Virus record (IMG/VR): IMGVR_UViG_3300050120_000361
Coordinates: 124,001-188,000 of that record
Length of the DNA: 64,000 bases
Strand: one strand, 5' to 3'
Of this stretch, positions 40,089-49,725 are shown piece by piece; within the stretch, counting starts at the first letter, position 1; each line of letters starts with the position of its first letter. A program made the translations under genes and the position numbers. The notes beneath the pieces were generated by a model. The model was not told the DNA's origin and did not search any database. It saw nothing but the letters and a program-made list of their open reading frames with translations.

Positions 40089-43000
40089 ATGAAATCAGCC
40101 GCCCTTGAGCAACCAACGCAAGTAGACATGGGCTTCTCGTCCATGGTTAACATGCTTGCTCAAATGGGCAAGGAGGAGAGGCAGCAGAGCGGAGTGCTTG
40201 GTTCAATACTTGAACGCGCCACGGAAATCAAGGTTTCCGTAACGGATGCGTTCAAGTCTTTCTCATTCGACAGGACTCAAAAATTCAACGTTTACCAAAA
40301 CATTCAGACAGCCCAGCACAAGACAAACAACTGGCTTGAGGCGCTCTTCATAGAATTGCTTTCGATACGCAAGCACGTCGTTGGCATAGAGTCCGGACAG
40401 GAGGGCATGAAGCCCAAGGCAGAAAAGATGCAGAGCGGCAGACCCCTCGACTACACCGAAACCTTCAAGAAATCAAACGACCATCTCTCGGCAATATCCG
40501 CAAACACCAAGTCAGCGCTCAAATTCCTTGAGGGAATAGCCAATGGCAAAAAGGTCGAGGCTCCCAAGGCCGGACACAAGGTTGGGGAGGAAGAGGATGA
40601 GGGCTTCCACGACACCAAAAAGAAGGTGAAGGGTTTCTTCAATGTGGCCGAGTTCGCCAAATCAATTGCGATACTGAACGCGAACATAACCAAGAAAATG
40701 ATAAGCGGGCTCGGAGCGTTCGAAAAGGCCTACGCGAGCCTTCTGGAAATGCCTGAAAAGAAGATGAAGACATTCACTGATGGGACTACCAAGTTCGGTT
40801 CAGTAATGGAGAAACTCTCCAAACAGATAAAGCCCGCCGCGATAACAATAGGCGTGCTTTCCGCTGCGTTTGTAGCTTTGAGCCTGTCTGTGACCAATCC
40901 GATATTCATTGTCGGTATGGCAACAATAGGCCTGTTCGTCACGCTCGTAAAAAGGTACGGCGGCGACAAGGACGCGGACAGGGGAATGCTGAAATTCGCT
41001 GAAGGCATAGGGATACTAACGCTTGCAATGGGCCTGATGCGCTTTGTGCAATGGGAGTCCGGTGCCAAGATGCTGGTATTCATTGCTGGACTCGGTCTGG
41101 CTATGAAGCTCTACATGAAACCCGCGGAGACTTCGGGAATGTTCAAGTTCGCGATGGGTATAGGCATCCTTACGGTTGCCATGGCCCTGATGAATTTCGT
41201 GGACTGGTCCTCAGGGGCCAAGATGCTGATATTCATTGGCGGTCTCGGACTGGCTTTGCGGACCTTCAGCGGTTCCGGCGCGAACGGCGGGCTCGGCAAG
41301 CAGTTGCTAGCTTTCGGTGAGGGGCTCGGCATAATGGTTCTCGCGCTCGTTGCTTTCAACTACATAAACTTCACTTCGGTCCTGAAGATGATAACCTTCG
41401 TGGCGGGGCTCGGACTCGCCCTCAAGCTGTTCGGAGAAGACAAGGGCGGCCTAAAATCCCCACTGCTCTCGTTTGCGTTCGGCATTGGATTGATGGTTCT
41501 TGGGCTGCTCGCGTTCGCTGAGATACCGCTCACGGCCATAATGAAGATGCTTACGTTCATTGGCCTATTGGGCCTTGAGCTCAAGCTTTTCTCCAACGGG
41601 GACGGCAAGTCGCCGATGCTTCAATTCGCAATGGGTTTGGGCATAATGGTTCTCGCCATGTATGCCATGAATGAGCTTCCGTGGGAGGCTCTCGGAAAGA
41701 CTTTGCTGTTCCTGGGCGGTCTCGGACTGGTTATGAAGCTGTTCGAAGGCGGCTCGGGCGCCGATTTCCTTATGATGGCAGGCGGCATACTGGTAATAGC
41801 CGGAGCCCTTTGGGTCTTCAAGAAGATAGGCTGGACCATGGCGGACGCCCTGATACTTGGCGGCACGATAACCATACTCGGAGTGATAGTGGCCGCTGCA
41901 GGAGCCCTAGCTGAGGTGATAGTCCCTGGAGCCATTTCAATGGTGGCTATGGGTGTTTCACTCGCGCTGTTCGCGCTCAGCCTGTGGGCAATATCCAAGC
42001 TTACGATAGACTACGAGTCTATAGCCAAATTCGGGGTGGCCGCTCTCGGCCTTACCACGATGATGGCCCTGATAGCTCCGCTAGCCGCTTTGGGCGCGAT
42101 AGGCGCTGTCCTGTTCCTGCCGATAGCCGCCGCAGCCCTTCTGGGTGCCGGCTCACTTATGCTAATATCCAAAGTACGGAATTATGATACGAAAAACTTT
42201 GCAGACGCGGTATTCGACCTCACATGGGGCTTTACCAAAATTGCTCCATTCGCTGCTCTTGGTGTCATTGGGGCTACTCTTTTTCTACCAATTGCAGCAA
42301 GCGCTCTCCTTGGAGCGGCAGCGCTCAAAGCAATATCGCTACTCGCTTTCGACCAAAAGGCAATCACAGCCTACGGGGTTGGCGTCAACTCACTGATCGG
42401 AGCCCTGGACAACCTGGGCATAATACAGGTCACTCGGACCGCGGCCAAGTCGGTGCTGCTGCTGCCAATATTCGCCGCGGCGACATTGGGAGCGCTCGCG
42501 CTTAAGGCAATGTCTGAAATGGACCTGAATGAGGGAAAGGTGAACCTGGCGGCCAAGCTAATAGACAGCTTCTCATCATCGATGATTTACACCATACTCA
42601 GGAACAAGGACAGGTTCGAGAAGGCGATGCCGGGAATAAACGCATTGGCCAAGCTTATGGGAATATCCTCGGACGTCGCCAAGGCGATAGGCATGATGGC
42701 CAACATGGAGTTCGTTGAGCATGGGGTCAGGAACGGGAAGCTGTACATCAAGTCCGTGCGCAAGCTGAACCCCGCGGACATGAAGCGGGTGGGGGAGAAC
42801 CTGGCCGTAATGCTCCAATGCCTTATCGAGCCTTTGACCATTCTCGGCTCTGACACGGCAACGTTCAACATAGGCGGCAGGAAGATAGCCAACCCGTTCA
42901 AGAACCCAAGCGCGCTAAAGGGGATAGACATGCTGTCCAGGGTTGGCGGTGCTTTCAAGCCATTAATGGACTCAATATCCGAGTACGCGAACCTGCCGCT

Positions 43001-43703
43001 CGCGTCAGACCCTAAGAAGCTTCAGCTGTTCACACAAAGTCTGATGTCGGTCATAAATACCATTATATGGGCGATAGACCGCGCGGCTACGATTAAGCAG
43101 GACATAGCTTCCAAGTCCATAACAACAATATCCAGGTTCGTAAGCTCAATGAAGGACCTTAACGTGGACAGGTTCAACGGCATAAACTCTGCGGTTGAGA
43201 AGTTCCTTGGCAACCTTGCGGATGACGTCAAGTGGAAGAAGATAGCCAGCAACATGAACATGCTCCAGCAGCAGTTCAAGGGTATAGCGTCCTCGATAAA
43301 CTCCATAGACATGGGCAAGGCCACAATGTTCGAGAAGAACGTGCGCAACCTGCTGGACAAGAACGCAGGCGAGAACCTCACCCTTGTGGTTCAGGAGCTC
43401 AAGGAGTTGTTCGGACTTGTTTCGGGGCAGTACAAGGCCCAGGCCGATGCTGCCCAGGCGCCAGCCAGAGACGACAAGAAGGACAATTCAATATCCTTCG
43501 GCTTCAACAACGGCCCACAGGACAAGAAGGCCGCTAAGGCCGTAGGGAAGCCCACTGAGCACGAGGAGATGACAGAGCTTATGAACCAAATAGGGATGGC
43601 GCTCGCGGCCATAGTTCAGCAGCTGACCGGCGTCAACGACAAACTCGCTGGCAAGTTGAAGGTTGTGACCACAACTGGAACGGCCAACAGCTTTTTACCG
43701 TAA
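40089..43703 (+). CDS. tail tape measure protein
   Basis: 1204 aa, Ala/Gly/Leu-rich helical, tandem hydrophobic repeats, downstream of hub/chaperone genes. Confidence 0.75.
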   Translation: MKSAALEQPTQVDMGFSSMVNMLAQMGKEERQQSGVLGSILERATEIKVSVTDAFKSFSFDRTQKFNVYQNIQTAQHKTNNWLEALFIELLSIRKHVVGIESGQEGMKPKAEKMQSGRPLDYTETFKKSNDHLSAISANTKSALKFLEGIANGKKVEAPKAGHKVGEEEDEGFHDTKKKVKGFFNVAEFAKSIAILNANITKKMISGLGAFEKAYASLLEMPEKKMKTFTDGTTKFGSVMEKLSKQIKPAAITIGVLSAAFVALSLSVTNPIFIVGMATIGLFVTLVKRYGGDKDADRGMLKFAEGIGILTLAMGLMRFVQWESGAKMLVFIAGLGLAMKLYMKPAETSGMFKFAMGIGILTVAMALMNFVDWSSGAKMLIFIGGLGLALRTFSGSGANGGLGKQLLAFGEGLGIMVLALVAFNYINFTSVLKMITFVAGLGLALKLFGEDKGGLKSPLLSFAFGIGLMVLGLLAFAEIPLTAIMKMLTFIGLLGLELKLFSNGDGKSPMLQFAMGLGIMVLAMYAMNELPWEALGKTLLFLGGLGLVMKLFEGGSGADFLMMAGGILVIAGALWVFKKIGWTMADALILGGTITILGVIVAAAGALAEVIVPGAISMVAMGVSLALFALSLWAISKLTIDYESIAKFGVAALGLTTMMALIAPLAALGAIGAVLFLPIAAAALLGAGSLMLISKVRNYDTKNFADAVFDLTWGFTKIAPFAALGVIGATLFLPIAASALLGAAALKAISLLAFDQKAITAYGVGVNSLIGALDNLGIIQVTRTAAKSVLLLPIFAAATLGALALKAMSEMDLNEGKVNLAAKLIDSFSSSMIYTILRNKDRFEKAMPGINALAKLMGISSDVAKAIGMMANMEFVEHGVRNGKLYIKSVRKLNPADMKRVGENLAVMLQCLIEPLTILGSDTATFNIGGRKIANPFKNPSALKGIDMLSRVGGAFKPLMDSISEYANLPLASDPKKLQLFTQSLMSVINTIIWAIDRAATIKQDIASKSITTISRFVSSMKDLNVDRFNGINSAVEKFLGNLADDVKWKKIASNMNMLQQQFKGIASSINSIDMGKATMFEKNVRNLLDKNAGENLTLVVQELKELFGLVSGQYKAQADAAQAPARDDKKDNSISFGFNNGPQDKKAAKAVGKPTEHEEMTELMNQIGMALAAIVQQLTGVNDKLAGKLKVVTTTGTANSFLP

Positions 43704-43716
43704 CACTGTCGCGGGG

Positions 43717-43722
43717 TAAATA
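43717..43722 (+). promoter_or_regulatory. putative late promoter TAAATA
   Basis: At the start of the 255-nt intergenic leader. Confidence 0.45.
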
Positions 43723-43958
43723 CAATCAAGGGTATCGCAAAATGCCAATATATCAAGTTAAAATGAACAAAGCCATGTAAGCATGACGTACCTTGCCACA
43801 AGCGAATAGCAGTCAGTTGTAGCTACCTGTTGCATATCGTATTTGGGCATAAGTTCGAGGAATAGAGACGGCCTGTAAGCCATTGAACCTGGGAACGAGA
43901 AGTCATCATTGGAGTGCGTGCATTACTGCAGTTATTAACAATTTAACCCATTAACCAA

Positions 43959-45452
43959 ATGGCAATTACAAGAAAAGACTACGTCCTCAAAGTGACGGAG
44001 CAAATGGCCGAGAACGCTAAGGCGGTTCTTTCCGGACACGGACTGAAATCGCAGTTCATCAACCTTATTAGCAAGCGCCCGGACATCATCGCCAAATTGG
44101 CCGTGTTGGCCTGGTCATCAAAGACCGCGTCTAAAGGCGGCAAGGCTCTTCAGAAGAAGAACAACTTCAAAATCACGGCTTACGCCAACTTCGCGAACTT
44201 CAACTTCGGCGCGCGCCAGGACGTTGAAAAATTCATGGAGAAACTCACGCCGGCCGACCAGGCTTCATTCAGCAATGATGAGAACATTTTGACCATTCTC
44301 GCAATGGGCGACACCCCTGTGGGCATTGATTTGGAGGCGGACATCGTTAACGGCAAATCCGTTGCGCTGCCTTTCGCCAAGTCTGTTATGAAACAGTACA
44401 AATTCGGTACTGGGGCTTACATCGTGGTTATGTTCGGCGACTCTTGGCTCCAGCCAAAAGAGGAGAAAACGGCGAAATCAAAAGCAAAGGTTAACAGCCG
44501 CCTACAGGCCCGCCGTTCACCCGCCAAGGTTCGCGCCGAACTCGTTAGCAAGGCGAACGCCAAAAAGGCCGATTTGAAGAGCGATGCCATCAAATTGAAG
44601 AACGCCGCCGCCAAGCACGAAGGCGCCCTGCAGCAGTTCAACAACCTCGCGGCAACTGTTGGCGCTCCTGAAGGCGCCTCAGCAAAAGAGGCATTGGCAG
44701 CAATCAAGGCCTACAACACGACAAACAAGAAATTGATTGCCGGTCTGAGCTCTGACAATCTTCGCCAATACAACAAGGCTGCACGCCTCTACATGGGCGG
44801 CGAGAAAGCGAAAGCCAATTCGATACTTGCGAAAATCGGCATTCCCGAGCTTACTGACCTGGTTCGCGGCGGAAACAACGTAAGCACAGACAAAATCGTT
44901 GCTGCCCGCAAGAAGGCATTGACCGCCAAAATCAAGGAAATTAGCGCCGCAAATGAGGAGCTGCTTGTTAAGGTTGCTGAGTCAACCAACAGCAAGTACA
45001 AGGCGGACACCAACTTCAAGATCCGTGCCAATGTGGCAAAGATTAAGGAGCTTCGCGCGCGCATTGCATCTTTCAGCGAATTGACAACAATCGGCGCCGT
45101 TAAGAACAAGGCTTCATTGCTCTCTAAGGCGAACGCGCTTATTGCTGCTAATTTGAAGGCCGGACAGTCTGTGCAGGCAGCGCTGCAGAACGCGCTTTCT
45201 AAACTTCCGGTTGACGACGACACTAAGGAGCAGATACGCCAGCAGGTCATTGAGGGCGTTGCCCAGCAAGTGCCCATGCAGTACGCGGTCCAGCAGGCGA
45301 TACAGAACGTTGACCTACAGGCCGACGATGAGGTGGAAGCGGCCGAGGAGGAAATGGAAGATGATTTGGGATTGGATGACGATCTTGAACTGTCTGACGA
45401 CACCTCACTGGCAGGCAGCAAGTCTATTCAGGACATTCTTGCAAACCTCTAA
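43959..45452 (+). CDS. Lys/Ala-rich basic protein with acidic tail
   Basis: Composition; own upstream TAAATA and downstream terminator. Confidence 0.65.
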   Translation: MAITRKDYVLKVTEQMAENAKAVLSGHGLKSQFINLISKRPDIIAKLAVLAWSSKTASKGGKALQKKNNFKITAYANFANFNFGARQDVEKFMEKLTPADQASFSNDENILTILAMGDTPVGIDLEADIVNGKSVALPFAKSVMKQYKFGTGAYIVVMFGDSWLQPKEEKTAKSKAKVNSRLQARRSPAKVRAELVSKANAKKADLKSDAIKLKNAAAKHEGALQQFNNLAATVGAPEGASAKEALAAIKAYNTTNKKLIAGLSSDNLRQYNKAARLYMGGEKAKANSILAKIGIPELTDLVRGGNNVSTDKIVAARKKALTAKIKEISAANEELLVKVAESTNSKYKADTNFKIRANVAKIKELRARIASFSELTTIGAVKNKASLLSKANALIAANLKAGQSVQAALQNALSKLPVDDDTKEQIRQQVIEGVAQQVPMQYAVQQAIQNVDLQADDEVEAAEEEMEDDLGLDDDLELSDDTSLAGSKSIQDILANL

Positions 45453-45482
45453 CGGCATTAAATTGGTTTAGTTTAATTAGTT

Positions 45483-45530
45483 CCAGCATTCAGAATGCCC
45501 CGTCGCCGAAAGGTGTCGGGGCTTTGCTGG
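45483..45530 (+). terminator. intrinsic terminator with GAAA tetraloop
   Basis: GCCCCGTCGCC-GAAA-GGTGTCGGGGC then TTT, with outer CCAGCA/TGCTGG pairing. Confidence 0.7.
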
Positions 45531-45547
45531 TAAAAAGCGGTTTCTAA

Positions 45548-46399
45548 ATGGCGATAAAACTTAGCAATGTATGGGAAAACCTCGACTCGTTAATAATGTG
45601 GATGGTCGACGATGCGCAGAAGGCCCGGTACAAAAAGATATATGATACCAAGACCGGTAAGCTGCTCATAAGCGAGATAGACTTTCTGAAGACAGTTTGT
45701 CAGGACTTCGTTGATGTTGTAACCTTCAGGTTCCTGTTCGACTACCCAACGAACGTTAAGAAGGGAATACTTGAAGCCATAAGGTCTGACATGGACCTTG
45801 TGGTTAACAAGCTAATGGTTGACCTGTACGGCCAGCTGAACGTGCACGACGTTAAGTTCCAGGGCGCCGATGAGGTTGAGGACATTGAAAGGTACCGTGA
45901 GCTTGACGGGCGCATAAGCGCCAACAGTTCCGCGCAGGAGGACATGCGGTGGATTAGGGATTGGGTCTTCGCCAGCATGGACGAAACCGACAAGCCCGAC
46001 ATAAACGCGCTTGAGGCCATTTACCGCAAATGGCTAAGAGTGACCGGGTACAGCAACGACTACGCCATGGTATCGCCCGGCGAAATGCTGCTTGAGCTCG
46101 AGCAGGCCAATGAGCCCATAGTGTCGCTTCAGGACCAGGTAGAGCGCGCCGTCAACAAGAGCCAGGAAAAGTACAAGTGGCTTGAGGAGCAGATACCGCA
46201 GCTTAACGGATACACTGACGCGGAGGCCCTGTGGCTCATGCAGCTAAAGGGTGAAATGTCCCAGGCCAACGAGGCCGAGCGGCGCGAACTTGACAGGATA
46301 TGGGGCGCTTTCCTCGAAGATACGGACTACGTAAATACAGCACAGAACCTGAGCATTGACGAGCTAATCGCCGTGCTCTCAACCAACGAAAAACAATGA
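45548..46399 (+). CDS. KLSN-domain family protein 4
   Basis: IKLSNVWENL ... FLFDYP. Confidence 0.65.
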   Translation: MAIKLSNVWENLDSLIMWMVDDAQKARYKKIYDTKTGKLLISEIDFLKTVCQDFVDVVTFRFLFDYPTNVKKGILEAIRSDMDLVVNKLMVDLYGQLNVHDVKFQGADEVEDIERYRELDGRISANSSAQEDMRWIRDWVFASMDETDKPDINALEAIYRKWLRVTGYSNDYAMVSPGEMLLELEQANEPIVSLQDQVERAVNKSQEKYKWLEEQIPQLNGYTDAEALWLMQLKGEMSQANEAERRELDRIWGAFLEDTDYVNTAQNLSIDELIAVLSTNEKQ

Positions 46400-47064
46400 G
46401 CTTACAGCCAGGAACATCATCCCTTACGGCGCCGCAGCCGCAGGTTGCCCAATTGGAGCTAACCTTCGCGGGCCCGCTCGTAAAGGACTCGTACGTTTCC
46501 ACCAAGAACGACCTCCCAAACCTTCCAGTGGCCACGAGCTATGAGCAGAAGATGGTATGGGTGAAGGCCGATAAGTCATGGTACTACATATCGAGCGGCG
46601 ACGGTTCGCTGCTATCGCACTGGACGCTTCTCGTTGGCAGGATGACCATAGAGGCTTACGACCCCGCAAACTCCCAGGGGTATGCGGCGGGCGACACCGT
46701 ATACCAGAACGGAATAATCTACAAGGCCGTACAGGACGCGCCGCAGGGCATTGCCCCGCAGAACGGCGCATACTGGCTGATAATAGCGGGCGACGGCGTG
46801 GCGTACCGCTTCGTGTTCCAGAACGTGTCGTCCTTCGCCGTGGTTACGCCCGTAAAGAACCCGCTGTTCGAGACTATAATAGGCGACATACAGATGTCCG
46901 GTTCAGACTTCGTGATAGGCGACGACGGAATGGTGGAGATACTCAACCAGGAGATAGTGCAGGCATTCGTGCAGAAGGACGACTCTGAAACCGGAAAGTA
47001 CAACGTGTACTTCGAGACTAACGGAACGCCATTCGCTATGAGCGGCGCCATCAATGTGAAATAA
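46396..47064 (+). CDS. virion appendage protein with CBM5/12-like carbohydrate-binding module
   Basis: YAAGDTVYQNGIIYKA...P...AYW motif. Confidence 0.6.
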   Translation: MSLQPGTSSLTAPQPQVAQLELTFAGPLVKDSYVSTKNDLPNLPVATSYEQKMVWVKADKSWYYISSGDGSLLSHWTLLVGRMTIEAYDPANSQGYAAGDTVYQNGIIYKAVQDAPQGIAPQNGAYWLIIAGDGVAYRFVFQNVSSFAVVTPVKNPLFETIIGDIQMSGSDFVIGDDGMVEILNQEIVQAFVQKDDSETGKYNVYFETNGTPFAMSGAINVK

Positions 47065-47139
47065 TACGGCACGTCCTAACATTGCCGCTGTTTCAGGATA
47101 TAGATAACATCGATAACACACCAATAACAGATAGATGAC

Positions 47140-47850
47140 ATGGGCGTAAAAGCACAACCACCACAGACGGGCACTCTCAAACTCTCCAATATATGGCAGA
47201 ACCTCAGGCAGCTGATAACAGCGGCCAAGAAGACCGATGTCAAGATGCACTTAAAGCTGCTTGACGGCGCCACGTTCGATAACATGAAGCGTCCCGAGTA
47301 CCAGGCATTCGTGCTGAATACCGCGATTGACCTTTTCATGCTCAGGCCGGGACTGTTCGGATACACGCTGAACGAGATTGAGATTGTCACCGCTGGCGTA
47401 AGGGCCAACAGGCCCAAAACAGTTGCCGACATGAAGCGAAGGCTCGACGGCCAGTACAACGACAATGGGGTGTTCTTCGGCGAGCAGCCGAAGTTCACGT
47501 GGAGGCGCGGCCCAAGGATAGCCGACCAGTCAGCGAGCTTTCCGCCCGAGCGCAGGCCGTACAACTGCTACATAGAGAGCCTGCCCGGATACCACTTCAC
47601 CAAGGACGGCTTCATAGGCGGGTTGTTAAACCACGGCTGGGGCTTCACGAACGTGGGGAACGAGTGGTACAGCTCCATAGACGCATCGCCAAAGAGCATA
47701 TCGTTCGCCAGGATGTTCGAGTTCGGTGACGACAAGGAAGCCCGGAAGAACTTTGAAAAGCTCTTCGTGAGCATAATATACGGCTGGAAGTTCCCAGAGT
47801 TCAGGGAACAGATAATGGCCAAAAAATCACTAATATCATTGAAACTGTAA
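47140..47850 (+). CDS. KLSN-domain family protein 5
   Basis: LKLSNIWQNL ... LFGYT ... ANRPK. Confidence 0.65.
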   Translation: MGVKAQPPQTGTLKLSNIWQNLRQLITAAKKTDVKMHLKLLDGATFDNMKRPEYQAFVLNTAIDLFMLRPGLFGYTLNEIEIVTAGVRANRPKTVADMKRRLDGQYNDNGVFFGEQPKFTWRRGPRIADQSASFPPERRPYNCYIESLPGYHFTKDGFIGGLLNHGWGFTNVGNEWYSSIDASPKSISFARMFEFGDDKEARKNFEKLFVSIIYGWKFPEFREQIMAKKSLISLKL

Positions 47851-47854
47851 GGAT

Positions 47855-48880
47855 ATGAATTTAAGGAAATGGCTCCACGGCTTTAACATGATGGGCAACA
47901 AAATATCCAATGTGACTGTGGACGAGCCGACAATAGCCGCCCACCCCGTACCATTGGACTACCTGCAGGAGTCCCAGAACTACGACACTGCAGCGGCTAT
48001 TGCACAGGGCGACTCGCCAGTTATGCCTTGGGCTAAGGGTCTTGGAAACCAGAGCCTTAAACCGCTTCTCGACAAGGTGCTGTTTCCCGTGGTGAACCCG
48101 GTATGGACCGAGCCGGTGTTCACGAGCGTTAAGCTTACGGTTCTCGGCGAGTACTACACGCAATCGGACAAGCACCTTCTGATGACCTCGGTACAGAAGA
48201 GCATGCGCCTGGACTACACCATGGCCGTGAACGACAGGGTGTCGGGCGTTGTTGCGGTCCTCGTGGTCACAAAGGTTGGTGGCGCGCAGCAGTCATTCAA
48301 CAGTACGACAACCAGCGACAGTAACGGAACGGTGAACTTCACGTTCGATTTCGAGAACATTCAGTCCATAGCGCTTACTAAGGTATGGCAGGCTTCATCC
48401 GCCGTGAAGAACGACAACTACGGGAACCCGTACAAGCCAGTGGAGTACAACTCTCCGTACACGTTGAGCTATGACGTCTGGGAGCTGATACAGGACAGGA
48501 ATGTAGTAACGCCTCCGGTCATATACCTGAACATAGGCAACTCCGAGACAGGCTACGATACCGGCCTGTCATCGACCACGAACTACACCGACCTGCTATC
48601 ATGGGCCAAGGACAAGCGCTTCTTCCTGCAGCCCGGAGACTCCAACGCCTACACCATACTGATACCCACCGCCCTCCTGTCGAGCACGAAGCTTTACGGC
48701 ATATTCAACGGGGAGAACATAGAGATAGGCGACGACATGCTGGTGCCGGCGGCAAGCGGCCTGAAGACATTGACACTGAGCTACTTCGGCGCCCAAGTCC
48801 CATACACGGTATGCACGCTGGACTTTGGCTACTTCGCGGCGCAGACAAACCTTGACTTTCAATTCGTAGCATTAGGATAA
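47855..48880 (+). CDS. virion structural protein
   Basis: M.GNKI.NV N-terminus, LLDKVLFP..NP, and KNDNYGNPY shared with 10053..11030. Confidence 0.5.
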   Translation: MNLRKWLHGFNMMGNKISNVTVDEPTIAAHPVPLDYLQESQNYDTAAAIAQGDSPVMPWAKGLGNQSLKPLLDKVLFPVVNPVWTEPVFTSVKLTVLGEYYTQSDKHLLMTSVQKSMRLDYTMAVNDRVSGVVAVLVVTKVGGAQQSFNSTTTSDSNGTVNFTFDFENIQSIALTKVWQASSAVKNDNYGNPYKPVEYNSPYTLSYDVWELIQDRNVVTPPVIYLNIGNSETGYDTGLSSTTNYTDLLSWAKDKRFFLQPGDSNAYTILIPTALLSSTKLYGIFNGENIEIGDDMLVPAASGLKTLTLSYFGAQVPYTVCTLDFGYFAAQTNLDFQFVALG

Positions 48881-48884
48881 GACA

Positions 48885-49709
48885 ATGATAAAGAAGCAGA
48901 CCAGAATAGTGTTCAGCAATATAAGGCTGAACCAGAACAGGCCATACGACGACAGGGAGACAATCTCAAGCCTTGCAAACATAGCCACGGAGCTCCCGCT
49001 CGCAGAGAGGTATTCAGGACTGATGTTTTGGGTTACGGACATATCGCAGCTATATTGGTTCGAGGCGGATGTCACAACACCCGTTAACTTCTTCGCATCG
49101 GCGACCTCCACGGTAATACTCGAAGTCACCCAGTCCGACCAGGACTATTCGGGACTGGTTGCCGCCCTGAACTCAACGGGTCCGGAGACCGGAACAGTAA
49201 TAAACGTTTACCCACTCGGCGTTGCCTTCGCCTTTGACGGCACGAACTGGCAGTACGCCTACGGCACCTACACCGCCGACACCGATGCTGAAATACTAAC
49301 GGTGCCTTCAGCGCTGCTTAGGCCTAACACCCGCGCCGTTTCCGGGGGAGCCGCCAAGGTTATAAACGACGCTCTCGGAATAAGCCCCATAGTGACCGTT
49401 ACGGGCTCCGTTCCAGGCTCCTTCAACAGCGGTTACTATCTGGTAAACGGCTCGCTTTACAGGGCAGTCGGAGGCTCCATATACCGCATAAACAACAAGA
49501 CCTACATAAACGGCGCGTTTTCGGCGGGTGCCGGTATAACGAATATTGCCCATAACCTCAACACACCCTATGTTCGCGGGATTATGTGGATAAGTACACT
49601 AAATGAACTCGTGCCGATTTCCCTGAAGTACGTGGACGCGAACACGTCCGCTCTCGACACGAGGGTAGCCGTTTCAGGCGTGACAGTAATAATTTTCGCG
49701 GAAAACTAA
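48885..49709 (+). CDS. virion structural / fibre-like protein
   Basis: PYDDRE...RYSGLMFWV N-terminal domain; C-terminal I.HNLNT motif. Confidence 0.5.
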   Translation: MIKKQTRIVFSNIRLNQNRPYDDRETISSLANIATELPLAERYSGLMFWVTDISQLYWFEADVTTPVNFFASATSTVILEVTQSDQDYSGLVAALNSTGPETGTVINVYPLGVAFAFDGTNWQYAYGTYTADTDAEILTVPSALLRPNTRAVSGGAAKVINDALGISPIVTVTGSVPGSFNSGYYLVNGSLYRAVGGSIYRINNKTYINGAFSAGAGITNIAHNLNTPYVRGIMWISTLNELVPISLKYVDANTSALDTRVAVSGVTVIIFAEN

Positions 49710-49725
49710 CTTAAAAACAGAAGCC

